64,000 bases of DNA from Clostridia bacterium (lineage in GTDB: Bacteria > Bacillota > Clostridia > Oscillospirales > QAKW01), in NCBI GenBank assembly GCA_017937065.1, contig JAGBEI010000014.1:71154-135153 (forward strand). The letters run 5' to 3'. Under the pieces are notes generated by a model. That model saw only the letters and a program-made list of their open reading frames with translations, was not told the origin of the DNA and did not search any database. Within the stretch, counting starts at the first letter, position 1. The number at the start of each line of letters is the position of its first letter. Positions 36,807 through 45,507 of this stretch are shown here, piece by piece. The translations under genes and the position numbers were made by a program.

Positions 36807-36835
36807 AAAACCACCCCCGCGATGCGGGGGCTTTT
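36805..36835 (+). terminator. intrinsic terminator
   Basis: Stem CCCCCGC, loop GAT, stem GCGGGGG, then CTTTT. Confidence 0.7.
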
Positions 36836-36851
36836 AGTGTGATGAGTAAGT

Positions 36852-37574
36852 ATGAAATCAAAAACAGGATTTAAAAAGGGAATATTTGACGGACTGCCGA
36901 TTTGCATCGGTTATTTTTCCGTATCCTTTGCGTTCGGTGTGTTTGCTGTCGCGCAGGGGCTGGGTGTTTTGGAGGCGGCGCTTATTTCGCTTACAAATCT
37001 TACGTCTGCGGGTCAGCTTGCGGGGGTGCCGATAATTTGCAGCGGCGGCGGACCGGTCGAGCTGGCACTGTCTCAGCTTGTTATCAATTCACGCTATGTT
37101 TTCATGTCCGCATCCCTGTCCCAGCGGCTGGATGAAAGCGTGACTCTGCCGCAGAGATTTATTATTGCCTTCGGCAATACCGACGAAATATTCGCGGTCG
37201 CCATGTCAAATGAAACAAGCCTTAAAAGCACTTACATGTACGGGCTGATTCTCACCCCGGTAATCGGCTGGACGCTCGGAACTTTGGCGGGCGCCGTTGC
37301 GGGCAATGTCCTGCCGCAGATCTTTGTTTCGGCGCTGGGCGTTGCCATTTACGGTATGCTGACGGCGGTTGTTGTGCCTCAGGTGAAAAAGAGCCGCGGT
37401 GCGGCGCTTTGTGCGGCTTTTGCGGTTGTGCTCGGCTGCTGTTTTGAATATATCCCGCCGCTGAAGCAGGTGCCCGGCGGTTTTTCCGTGATTATCAGCG
37501 CTGTCATTGCCGCCGCGCTGCTTGCAGTGCTGATGCCCGTTTCCGGGGAGGAGGACGCCGATGCTCAGAGCTGA
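36852..37574 (+). CDS. azlC: AzlC-family branched-chain amino acid transporter subunit
   Basis: Polytopic protein with an AzlC-like N-terminus (GLPICIGYFSVSFAFG), paired with an overlapping azlD. Confidence 0.8.
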   Translation: MKSKTGFKKGIFDGLPICIGYFSVSFAFGVFAVAQGLGVLEAALISLTNLTSAGQLAGVPIICSGGGPVELALSQLVINSRYVFMSASLSQRLDESVTLPQRFIIAFGNTDEIFAVAMSNETSLKSTYMYGLILTPVIGWTLGTLAGAVAGNVLPQIFVSALGVAIYGMLTAVVVPQVKKSRGAALCAAFAVVLGCCFEYIPPLKQVPGGFSVIISAVIAAALLAVLMPVSGEEDADAQS

Positions 37575-37875
37575 TTTTTTGCCCTATCTTCTGATTATGG
37601 CGGGCGTTACTTATCTTCTGCGCATGGTGCCGCTTGTTTTTCTGCGCAGTAAGATAAAAAACAGGTTTGTAATATCCTTTCTGCACTATATCCCCGTTGC
37701 AGTGCTCAGCGTTATGGTCGTGCCCGCTGTCTTTTATGCGTCCGGCAGCCTCTTGTCGGCGGTTATCGGCTTTGCAGTCGCTGTTGTTTTTTCCTATTTT
37801 GAAAAAAGCTTGGTTCAGGTTGCATGTCTGTCCTGCGCCGCGGTTTTTGTGACCGAGCTTTTAATAAATTTATAG
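37561..37875 (+). CDS. azlD: AzlD-family small membrane protein
   Basis: 104-aa membrane protein with a 14-nt overlap with azlC. Confidence 0.75.
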   Translation: MLRADFLPYLLIMAGVTYLLRMVPLVFLRSKIKNRFVISFLHYIPVAVLSVMVVPAVFYASGSLLSAVIGFAVAVVFSYFEKSLVQVACLSCAAVFVTELLINL

Positions 37876-39615
37876 CGTGTACTTTTTGTCAAACTGCTCG
37901 AATATTCTGTTAAACTGTTCGTTTTCATGCTTTACGCCGTGCAGGTATCTGTGCGTTTCGAAGCTGCCGTGCGCAAGCTCTATGACAGCTGCCGAGATGT
38001 TGGAGCAGTGATCGGATATCCGCTCAAGGTCACTCAGCAGATTGGCAAAGGTCAGCCCTTGCTCAATGGTGCACGCTCCGCTTTGCAGGCGTTTTACATG
38101 GTTCTTGTGCATTTTCGCCGTAAGCTTGTCAATGACCTGCTCGAGCGGCTCGGTGTTTACGGCAAGCAGAGGGTCGTTGTTTAAAAACGCGTCCGAAGTT
38201 ATCTGAGTTATCTCCTTTACTGCGGCGCTTAGTACGGAAAGCTCCCGCATAGCGTCGTCCGAGTATCCCTTTGTTTTTTCCAGAAGCTCACCGGTATCAA
38301 GGCTTATATGCAGCGCATGGTCGCACATGCGTTCAAGGTCGCTTACCGTGTACAGCATACGGGACACGCGCGCGCTGTCCTCATCTGAGAGCGATTTCTC
38401 GGCGATTCGTACAAGGCTTGTAAGCAGCATGTCCTCGTACATGTCGGAGCGCTTTTCGTTATCCGCCACGGTATCGGATACCTTTTTATCGTATTTTGAT
38501 ATCTGATTGAGAGATAATAATACGGTGTCCCGTGAAAGCCGCGCCATCTCCCGCGTCTTTGACATACATTCGCTGACGGCAACCGACGGGGACATAAACA
38601 GTCGCTCGTCCAGAGCTGAAATTCCGTCTTTTTCCGGCGCGCCGTCCTTAACAATCCTGCATATGAGTTTTTCCAGCTTTGCTGTAAACGGTAAAATCAG
38701 CAGCGTTGACAGAACATTAAACGCCGTGTGCGCCGCGGCTATGCCGACAGGGCTTATTGCCGATGAGAAAAACGGACCGCCTGCGGTTATGCGCAGTATT
38801 TCAAACAGAGTGAAGAACACCGCCGTTCCGATTACGTTTACCGATGTGTGCGCCGCGGCTACCCGCTTTGCATTTTTGCTGCCGCCGATGCAGGATATCA
38901 GCGCTGTGATGCAGGTTCCGATGTTCTGACCCATGATGATCGGCAGTGCGGTTGACCAAGTCACGGCGCCCGTCAGTGCAAACGCCTGCAAAATACCCAC
39001 CGATGCCGAGGACGACTGAATCAGCGCCGTGATAACGATACCTGCAATCAGGCTTAAAAACGGATTTTCAAACTTTACCATGAGCGAGGCAAATTCCGGC
39101 GTGTCCGCAAGCGGGCTTACGGCGCTTGTCATAAACTTCATTCCGTAAATGAGTACCGCAAACCCGATAAGTACCCGTCCTGCGTCCCTTTGCCTGCTCT
39201 TTTTGGCGGACATTATTAAAATCACGCCCAAGAGCGCCAGAAACGGCGTAAAATTTTCCGGCTTGAGCATAGATACGAATATATTTTTGCTCTCAATTCC
39301 CGCAAGGCTTAAAATCCATGCGGTGACGGTTGTACCTATATTTGCGCCGAAAATAATGTACAGAGTTCCCGCAAATTCCATTATTCCGGAATTTACAAGC
39401 CCCACAAGCATAACGGACGTTGCGGACGACGACTGTATAACCATTGTTATCACCATGCCCAGAAACAGACTGAGCGCAGGCTTTTTCTGCGCATGCTTGA
39501 GCACGCGCTCCAGCCTGCCGCCGGCGGATTTTTCGAGATTTTCAGATAATGTCAGCATGCCGAACAGGAAAAATGCAATGCCGCAGATAAATTGTATAAT
39601 GCTGTAAATGCTCAT
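37870..39615 (-). CDS. Na/Pi cotransporter family protein with C-terminal PhoU-like repeats
   Basis: Duplicated QSSSA(T/S) transporter motifs and a helical PhoU-like C-terminal half. Confidence 0.85.
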   Translation of the reverse strand: MSIYSIIQFICGIAFFLFGMLTLSENLEKSAGGRLERVLKHAQKKPALSLFLGMVITMVIQSSSATSVMLVGLVNSGIMEFAGTLYIIFGANIGTTVTAWILSLAGIESKNIFVSMLKPENFTPFLALLGVILIMSAKKSRQRDAGRVLIGFAVLIYGMKFMTSAVSPLADTPEFASLMVKFENPFLSLIAGIVITALIQSSSASVGILQAFALTGAVTWSTALPIIMGQNIGTCITALISCIGGSKNAKRVAAAHTSVNVIGTAVFFTLFEILRITAGGPFFSSAISPVGIAAAHTAFNVLSTLLILPFTAKLEKLICRIVKDGAPEKDGISALDERLFMSPSVAVSECMSKTREMARLSRDTVLLSLNQISKYDKKVSDTVADNEKRSDMYEDMLLTSLVRIAEKSLSDEDSARVSRMLYTVSDLERMCDHALHISLDTGELLEKTKGYSDDAMRELSVLSAAVKEITQITSDAFLNNDPLLAVNTEPLEQVIDKLTAKMHKNHVKRLQSGACTIEQGLTFANLLSDLERISDHCSNISAAVIELAHGSFETHRYLHGVKHENEQFNRIFEQFDKKYTL

Positions 39616-39943
39616 TTTTCACCTCCGAAAATTGGTTTTGTTTCATAAGTTAGTATCGACTGTTGCCCGATAAATATTTGTAAAAATTAAGAAAGCCGCA
39701 CGAAAAAAATCCGCGCGGCTTTTGTGTGGAAAGTTATATTAGAAAAAATATTGCTGTATTGCTTTGTCTGCAGTTTTGTCCGCAGGTCTCCCCACGGGTT
39801 TGTATCCAGACTTACGACGGCAATGCCTGCCGCCGGGAGGGCTCCCGCCGAAAAACTCGATAATCCCTCCGCCTCGTTAACCAAGCTTAAAATTTTGGTC
39901 TGGCGCTTTTAAAATTCCCTTTAAAACAACTGCCCACCTTTCT
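39616..39943 (-). other. long GC-rich structured 5' leader of the Na/Pi cotransporter gene, with a terminator-like hairpin (class not recognised)
   Basis: Lies between a consensus promoter and the start codon. Hairpins seen are CGGCA/TGCCG, GGAGGG/CCCTCC, CTGC/GCAG, and AAGCCGCGCG/CGTGCGGCTT followed by a T-rich tract. Confidence 0.45.
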
Positions 39944-39949
39944 GCTGAC

Positions 39950-39978
39950 AGTATATCATAAAGGCGGGCAGTTGTCAA
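39950..39978 (-). promoter_or_regulatory. sigma-A-type promoter
   Basis: On the minus strand: TTGACA, 17-nt spacer, TATACT. Confidence 0.6.
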
Positions 39979-39988
39979 TTTGCACCAA

Positions 39989-42112
39989 TCATTTTCGTGC
40001 ACTGAATATAATAATTTGACGGTTTTCGGCAGCTTTTTCGGTAAATCTGCGTGCATTTTCAAGCCGTTTGTCATCAAAGGACCAAAACGGATCGTCCATA
40101 ATAAGCGGTAGATTCCGCTTACCCGAAATAAGGTCGCTGACCGCCGTGCGCATGGCAAAATAAACTGCGTCCGCCGTGCCGCGCGAGAAATATCCCAGCT
40201 CGTACATGGCGCCGCCCGATTTTACCCGCAGGTTGAACTCGCGGTCAAGCATTACACTCTCGTACTTTCCGTCCGTTATTTCAGACAGCGGTATTCCTGC
40301 GCACTCTGTAAGAATAGGCGAGTACATATCGCGTATGTACCTGTACGCCTCGTCCAGCGCGTCTCTTGCCGTACTCAGCACGCGGTCGTTATACATCGCG
40401 CTTTCAAGCTCTGCCGACAGCTCCTTTTCTTTTTGCTCAGCCTCAATTAAACCGAGATTTAGCTCGGCGTACCTTTTCCCCTGTGCCGACAGCTCCTTTA
40501 GCTTTTCAAGCGTGCGGCTTTTTTTCTCTGCAATTTGCAGCAGTTCATTGTTTACCTGCTCTTCGCTTATGCTGTCGGGCGTACCTGGCAAGGACAGCGC
40601 TTCAAGCTCGCTTTTGCTTTTGCCTGCCAGCAGCTCCCGCTTTTGGCTTTGCAGTGTTTCAATACTTTGGCGCACGGCTTCGCTTTCCGCCTGCATTTTT
40701 GTGCGCCGATGAAGATCTTCGGCGTCGGATATATTATATTTTTCCGATATTTGAGCGCACTTTTCTGTACATTCCCGAAGACGGTTCTGAACGCTTTTCA
40801 GCTCGACTTGGGCATTTAGGTATTCGGCGCGGCACTGCGCAAATTCGTCCTTTGAGGAGTTGTATTTTTTCAGTGCTGAGCACAGCTCCTTATGCGTCAT
40901 GCCCAGCTGCGGCGGAATTTGTACCTTGGTTTTGAATACGACTGCGCAGATAACTGCCGCCGCACCTGCGGCAGTCAGCAGTGCACCGGGCATGATAAGA
41001 CCGTAAATCATAACGCAGATTCCCATGACAGCGGCAAGCGCGCCCGCCGCGCACAGGGGCGCCCTTATGCGCGGTCTGTCGGCTGCGAGCCGTATAAACT
41101 CCGCTTCGTTTTGCGCAACCGTGCCGTACTCCGGAAAGCCTTCGTTAAGCTTTTGCAGATTAGCCTGCGCATTGTCAAGCCCTTGCTGCCGCTCCTTCAG
41201 CTGCTGCGTCAAAAGCCCGCGCATAGCGAATGTTTCGGAGATTTCTTTTGCGGTCTGAGCGTCGATTTGCACCGCGTTTTCGCAGTCTTGAAGCTCATCG
41301 TTAAGGTCTTGTATACGGCTTTCAAGCTCTTTCAGCCTTTGCAGCTTGCGGCGTGCGTCCGCTCCCCTTGCCGCAGGCAGCATTTTGCGGTATTTTTTTT
41401 CTTCTGCGTCAAGGCTTGCGGACTCTTTTTCAAGCTCGGACAGCTCATGCTGTACCGAAGACAGCAAAGTAAGTTCATTTTTCAGCTGTGATTTTGTAAG
41501 TGAGAGCTCGCCAAGCTCCTTTTGTATATCGAATATCCGTCCCGACTGGCGTCCGGAATGGCGGTATTTTGTATGTTTTTTGCGCAGTGCTTCCGCCGCG
41601 CTTTCGTAAGAGGTATCTTCGTCGCCGGTGGTCACAAGATTTTTAAGCGCCGCCTCCAGCCCGCCTGTGCCTGAGAATTTTATGTCGGTCTGGCGTATTA
41701 GAAAGGTGCGCTCAAACGTCTCCCTGTCCACACCGTACAGCATTTTTCCGGGTGAATCGGAAATGCAAAGCTCCTCTCCGCCGCTGTCACGCATAACGAC
41801 GCTCTTTTTGCGCCCGTCATTTTGTATACGCTCGATACGTATCGGCTTTCCGTCGAGTGTGAGCTCCATAGCGCCGGACAGTATCGCCTCGCCCTGCCAT
41901 GGCAGATACTTTTTCAGAAGATTTTCTTCAAGCGGCATTTTTTTGGAGGCTGTTCTTGTAAACCCGTACAGCATAAACAGTATAAAATCGGTAATGGTGC
42001 TTTTGCCGTACTCGTTTTGATGCACAAGCTCATTAAGTCCGGATTTCAGCTCTAAGGTAAAGTCCTTAAATTTGCCGAAAGAGATTATTTCCAAGCGCTT
42101 TATTACCGTCAT
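39989..42112 (-). CDS. YhaN/SbcC-like AAA ATPase (Rad50-type coiled coil with a central hydrophobic hairpin)
   Basis: N-terminal P-loop NEYGKST, long coiled coil, C-terminal LPLIMDDPF (Walker B/D-loop). Confidence 0.8.
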   Translation of the reverse strand: MTVIKRLEIISFGKFKDFTLELKSGLNELVHQNEYGKSTITDFILFMLYGFTRTASKKMPLEENLLKKYLPWQGEAILSGAMELTLDGKPIRIERIQNDGRKKSVVMRDSGGEELCISDSPGKMLYGVDRETFERTFLIRQTDIKFSGTGGLEAALKNLVTTGDEDTSYESAAEALRKKHTKYRHSGRQSGRIFDIQKELGELSLTKSQLKNELTLLSSVQHELSELEKESASLDAEEKKYRKMLPAARGADARRKLQRLKELESRIQDLNDELQDCENAVQIDAQTAKEISETFAMRGLLTQQLKERQQGLDNAQANLQKLNEGFPEYGTVAQNEAEFIRLAADRPRIRAPLCAAGALAAVMGICVMIYGLIMPGALLTAAGAAAVICAVVFKTKVQIPPQLGMTHKELCSALKKYNSSKDEFAQCRAEYLNAQVELKSVQNRLRECTEKCAQISEKYNISDAEDLHRRTKMQAESEAVRQSIETLQSQKRELLAGKSKSELEALSLPGTPDSISEEQVNNELLQIAEKKSRTLEKLKELSAQGKRYAELNLGLIEAEQKEKELSAELESAMYNDRVLSTARDALDEAYRYIRDMYSPILTECAGIPLSEITDGKYESVMLDREFNLRVKSGGAMYELGYFSRGTADAVYFAMRTAVSDLISGKRNLPLIMDDPFWSFDDKRLENARRFTEKAAENRQIIIFSARK

Positions 42113-43173
42113 TTTCCGTCACCGCCTCTGATAGCGATGACGCCCTCTTTTATGGCGTCCTCGATTATTTGCCTGTCCCCGCTGTCTGCATCTTTCAGCT
42201 TATCGGCGAGTATTTTTACAAACCTGCCCTCCAGAGTGTTGTCGCCCATGTTTTTCAGGTAATCAATATCGGCGCTTGTCCGATCCTTTATCTGCACAAA
42301 TCCGTCGGCATGTGCGCAGAGTGCGTCGCAGTCAATATAAAACGGCGTGCTCAGCTTGCCTGTAAGCACGGCGCGGGCAATTTCATTTTCTGCTGGCGTT
42401 GTTTTTGAAAGTATGCTTAAAATATCGCTTACGGAACGTGCGTTTCCGACATCAATATTATACTCTGAGTATATTTCGGCTTTGGTATGAATATATGTAT
42501 AGGAAAAATCCTGCGTATCTATTACATAAAAGCCCTTTTGTCCGCATTCGTCAAAACCGCGTCCGAACGGAACGCCTGCATACAGCGCATGCTTTCCGCC
42601 GGGCAGGAGAATGTCGTTTGTTTTGTGTATGTGCCCCAAAAGCGACAGTGCGGCGCCTGTTTCCGCCAGTGTCCGGGCATTTAAGTCAAAGCCTCCGTGT
42701 CCGCCGAGCGTGCCGTGGGAAAGCGTTATGAACCCGCCGCTCTCCTCTGCCCGTGCGGGAACATAAAAGTCCTTCCACGGGTCGGGCATGTCAAACGCAC
42801 TTGAAATAGATACACCGAAAACGGTAATGTCGCCAAGGCTTACCCCCTTCGGTTTGTCGGGGAAAACGTACAGGTTTTCGGGCGGGTTGGCGTAAAAGGC
42901 GGTGACATTCAGCGGGTCGTGGTTGCCGCAGACTGCAAGAAATCTGAGTGCGCCGTGCCGCTTGAAAACGCGGCGTACCGCCGCCGATATTTCTTCGGAA
43001 GGATTCGGAGTATCAAATAAATCTCCGCCAAGGAGCACTGCCGCGGCATTTATGCTTTCGGCGTAATCGGCGATTGAATCAAACGAGGATACAAGCTGAG
43101 CATTGCGCAGAGCCGTATTTTCGTTATTGAATTTGCTGCCGAAATGTGTGTCTGCGGTAAATATCAGCTTCAT
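42109..43173 (-). CDS. YhaO/SbcD-like metallophosphoesterase nuclease subunit
   Basis: Motifs DTHFG, GGDLFD, CGNHD and GHIH. 4-nt overlap with the ATPase gene. Confidence 0.85.
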   Translation of the reverse strand: MKLIFTADTHFGSKFNNENTALRNAQLVSSFDSIADYAESINAAAVLLGGDLFDTPNPSEEISAAVRRVFKRHGALRFLAVCGNHDPLNVTAFYANPPENLYVFPDKPKGVSLGDITVFGVSISSAFDMPDPWKDFYVPARAEESGGFITLSHGTLGGHGGFDLNARTLAETGAALSLLGHIHKTNDILLPGGKHALYAGVPFGRGFDECGQKGFYVIDTQDFSYTYIHTKAEIYSEYNIDVGNARSVSDILSILSKTTPAENEIARAVLTGKLSTPFYIDCDALCAHADGFVQIKDRTSADIDYLKNMGDNTLEGRFVKILADKLKDADSGDRQIIEDAIKEGVIAIRGGDGK

Positions 43174-43182
43174 GTTTTTCTC

Positions 43183-43860
43183 CTATATAAATCTGCAGAG
43201 AATGAGCGGGATAAACACCGCGGGCAGCAGATTTACGACCTTGATTTCGGTGATTTTCAGCATGTTTAATCCTATTGCTATAATAAGAAGCGAGCCGACG
43301 CAGGTCAACTCGTTTACCGCGCTCTGCGTCAGCAGCGGTTCGATGACGGAGGACAGAAGCGTAAGGGAGCCCTGGTATAATATCAGGACTATGCCGGACA
43401 GCGCGGTGCCGATTCCGAGCGTTGTAGCCATGATGAATATTGTTGCGCCGTCCACTACCGCCTTTGCAAAAAAAGCCGAATGGTCTCCCCGCAGTCCTGC
43501 GTCCATTGCTCCCGTAACTGCCCAGGCACCTACGCATATTAAAAGCGTAGCCGTGATAAAGCCGTCCGCTGTTTTACTTTGTTTTCCGCCTATTTTCGAC
43601 TGCACAAAGCGTCCGAAGCGGTTCAGGTATTTGTCGATGTCAATACTCTCGCCTATTACTGCGCCGACGGCGACCGAAATAATCGCAATAAGCGTGTTTT
43701 CGCCCTTCAGTGCGCCGCTGATACCGATATAGATAATGCACAGCCCCAGCCCCTTTATTACAGTATCGCATATCCGCTGCGGTATTCTGCTGCCCGCCAG
43801 TGTTCCCAGCAGGGCACAGACAATTACCGCCGCGCCGTTTACAAGTGTTCCTGTCAGCAT
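43183..43860 (-). CDS. DUF554 membrane protein
   Basis: MLTGTLVNGAAVIVCALLG N-terminus and a polytopic profile. Confidence 0.75.
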   Translation of the reverse strand: MLTGTLVNGAAVIVCALLGTLAGSRIPQRICDTVIKGLGLCIIYIGISGALKGENTLIAIISVAVGAVIGESIDIDKYLNRFGRFVQSKIGGKQSKTADGFITATLLICVGAWAVTGAMDAGLRGDHSAFFAKAVVDGATIFIMATTLGIGTALSGIVLILYQGSLTLLSSVIEPLLTQSAVNELTCVGSLLIIAIGLNMLKITEIKVVNLLPAVFIPLILCRFI

Positions 43861-43941
43861 TTCGGTTTCCTTTTCAATATGATTGCATCATAATTATAAC
43901 ATTACGGCTAAAGCCTTTCAAGCAAATTTACTGAATTTATA

Positions 43942-43970
43942 TTGATTTTTGGAGCGTATGATATTATAAT
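43942..43970 (+). promoter_or_regulatory. sigma-A-type promoter for proS
   Basis: TTGATT, 17-nt spacer, TATAAT. Confidence 0.55.
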
Positions 43971-44001
43971 TAAATATTATTAAAAGGCATGGAGAAAATT
44001 A

Positions 44002-45438
44002 ATGGACAACAGAAAAATGGTCGACGATATTACGTCGATGGATGAAGATTTTGCAAAGTGGTACACCGATATTGTTAAAAAGGCGGAGCTTGTGGGCTAT
44101 ACGAGTATTAAGGGCTGCCTTGTAATCCGCCCTTACGGCTATGCCATCTGGGAGAATATGCAGCGCATACTGGACGGAATGTTTAAGGCGACAGGGCATG
44201 AGAATGTGTGTATGCCGATGTTTATTCCCGAAAGTCTTTTGAATAAGGAAAAGGATCATGTCGAGGGCTTTGCGCCGGAGGTCGCGTGGGTCACTCACGG
44301 CGGCAGTGAAAAGTTAGAGGAGCGCCTTTGTGTCCGTCCTACATCTGAAACGCTGTTTTGCGAGCACTATTCAAATATAATACATTCTTACCGCGATTTG
44401 CCCAAGCTTTATAATCAGTGGGTGTCCGTTGTGCGCTGGGAAAAGACCACGCGTCCGTTTCTGCGCTCACGTGAATTTTTGTGGCAGGAGGGTCACACAA
44501 TTCACGAGACGGCGGCTCAGGCAGTAGAGGAGACGGAAAAAATGCTGGGCGTTTACGCAAAGTTCTGCGAGGACGCGCTTGCCATGCCTGTTGTCAAGGG
44601 AAAAAAGACCGAGTCGGATAAGTTTGCCGGTGCCGTGTCCACTTATGCCATTGAGGCGCTTATGCATGACGGAAAGGCGCTTCAGGCGGGAACGTCGCAT
44701 TATTTCGGCGACGGATTTGCACGCGCTTTTGATATCACGTTCAGCGACAGGGAGAATAAAAAGTCTTTTCCGCACCAGACCTCATGGGGCGTTTCCACCC
44801 GCCTTATCGGCGGTATTATCATGACCCACGGCGATGATAACGGATTGGCTCTGCCACCTGCCGTCGCGCCGATACAGGCGGTTATTATACCCATTGCCGC
44901 GCATAAGGGCGGTGTTATCGAAAAGGCGCGTGAGCTGGAGCAAAAGCTTAAAGCAAGCGTGCGGGTTGCGCTGGACGAGAGCGATAATTCTCCCGGCTGG
45001 AAGTTTGCGCAGTACGAGATGAAGGGTGTACCGGTAAGAATTGAGCTCGGTCCCCGCGATATTGAAAACGGAGAGTGCGTTATTGTCACACGTCACAACC
45101 GTGAAAAAACGGTTGTCAAGCTGGACGGTATAGTGCAGGCTGTTGAGCAGAAGCTGCGGGAGGTACACGACGGACTCTATAAAAAGGCGCTTGAAAACCG
45201 CATTAAGCGTACCTACGACTGCAAGACGACTGATGAGATGATTGATGTAATGCGCGAAAACGGCGACGGCTTTATCCGTGCGATGTGGTGCGGCAGCGAG
45301 GAGTGCGAGGACGCGGTTAAGGAAAAGACCGGTGCAGGTTCGCGCTGTATACCGTTTGAACAGGAAAGTATATCCGACAAGTGTGTTTGCTGTCAAAGAC
45401 CGGCAAAGACCATGGTGCTTTGGGGCAAGGCATATTGA
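44002..45438 (+). CDS. proS: proline--tRNA ligase (archaeal/eukaryote-like type, no insertion editing domain)
   Basis: [15 protein letters not shown]-terminus, class II motifs, and a C-terminal Zn-ribbon-like CxxC...CVCC. Confidence 0.92.
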   Translation: MDNRKMVDDITSMDEDFAKWYTDIVKKAELVGYTSIKGCLVIRPYGYAIWENMQRILDGMFKATGHENVCMPMFIPESLLNKEKDHVEGFAPEVAWVTHGGSEKLEERLCVRPTSETLFCEHYSNIIHSYRDLPKLYNQWVSVVRWEKTTRPFLRSREFLWQEGHTIHETAAQAVEETEKMLGVYAKFCEDALAMPVVKGKKTESDKFAGAVSTYAIEALMHDGKALQAGTSHYFGDGFARAFDITFSDRENKKSFPHQTSWGVSTRLIGGIIMTHGDDNGLALPPAVAPIQAVIIPIAAHKGGVIEKARELEQKLKASVRVALDESDNSPGWKFAQYEMKGVPVRIELGPRDIENGECVIVTRHNREKTVVKLDGIVQAVEQKLREVHDGLYKKALENRIKRTYDCKTTDEMIDVMRENGDGFIRAMWCGSEECEDAVKEKTGAGSRCIPFEQESISDKCVCCQRPAKTMVLWGKAY

Positions 45439-45460
45439 TGAGGTTATTTTGAAAAGCATA

Positions 45461-45496
45461 AAAATACCGACCGCAATTTGCGGTCGGTATTTTTTG
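45461..45496. terminator. bidirectional intrinsic terminator
   Basis: AAAA, stem ATACCGACCGCA, stem TGCGGTCGGTAT, then TTTTTT. Confidence 0.85.
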
Positions 45497-45507
45497 CTAT
45501 TGTCATA

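Noticed and set aside
39687-39912. 65-aa (minus) and 62-aa (plus) ORFs in the Na/Pi leader region
   Set aside because: Neither has an RBS, they overlap each other on opposite strands, and the region looks like structured RNA.
43861-44001. Possible T-box leader upstream of proS (a T-box was likewise considered for the alaX operon)
   Set aside because: The intergenic region is only about 140 nt. It has no specifier or T-box (GGTGGTACCGCG-like) sequence, and a plain promoter explains it.
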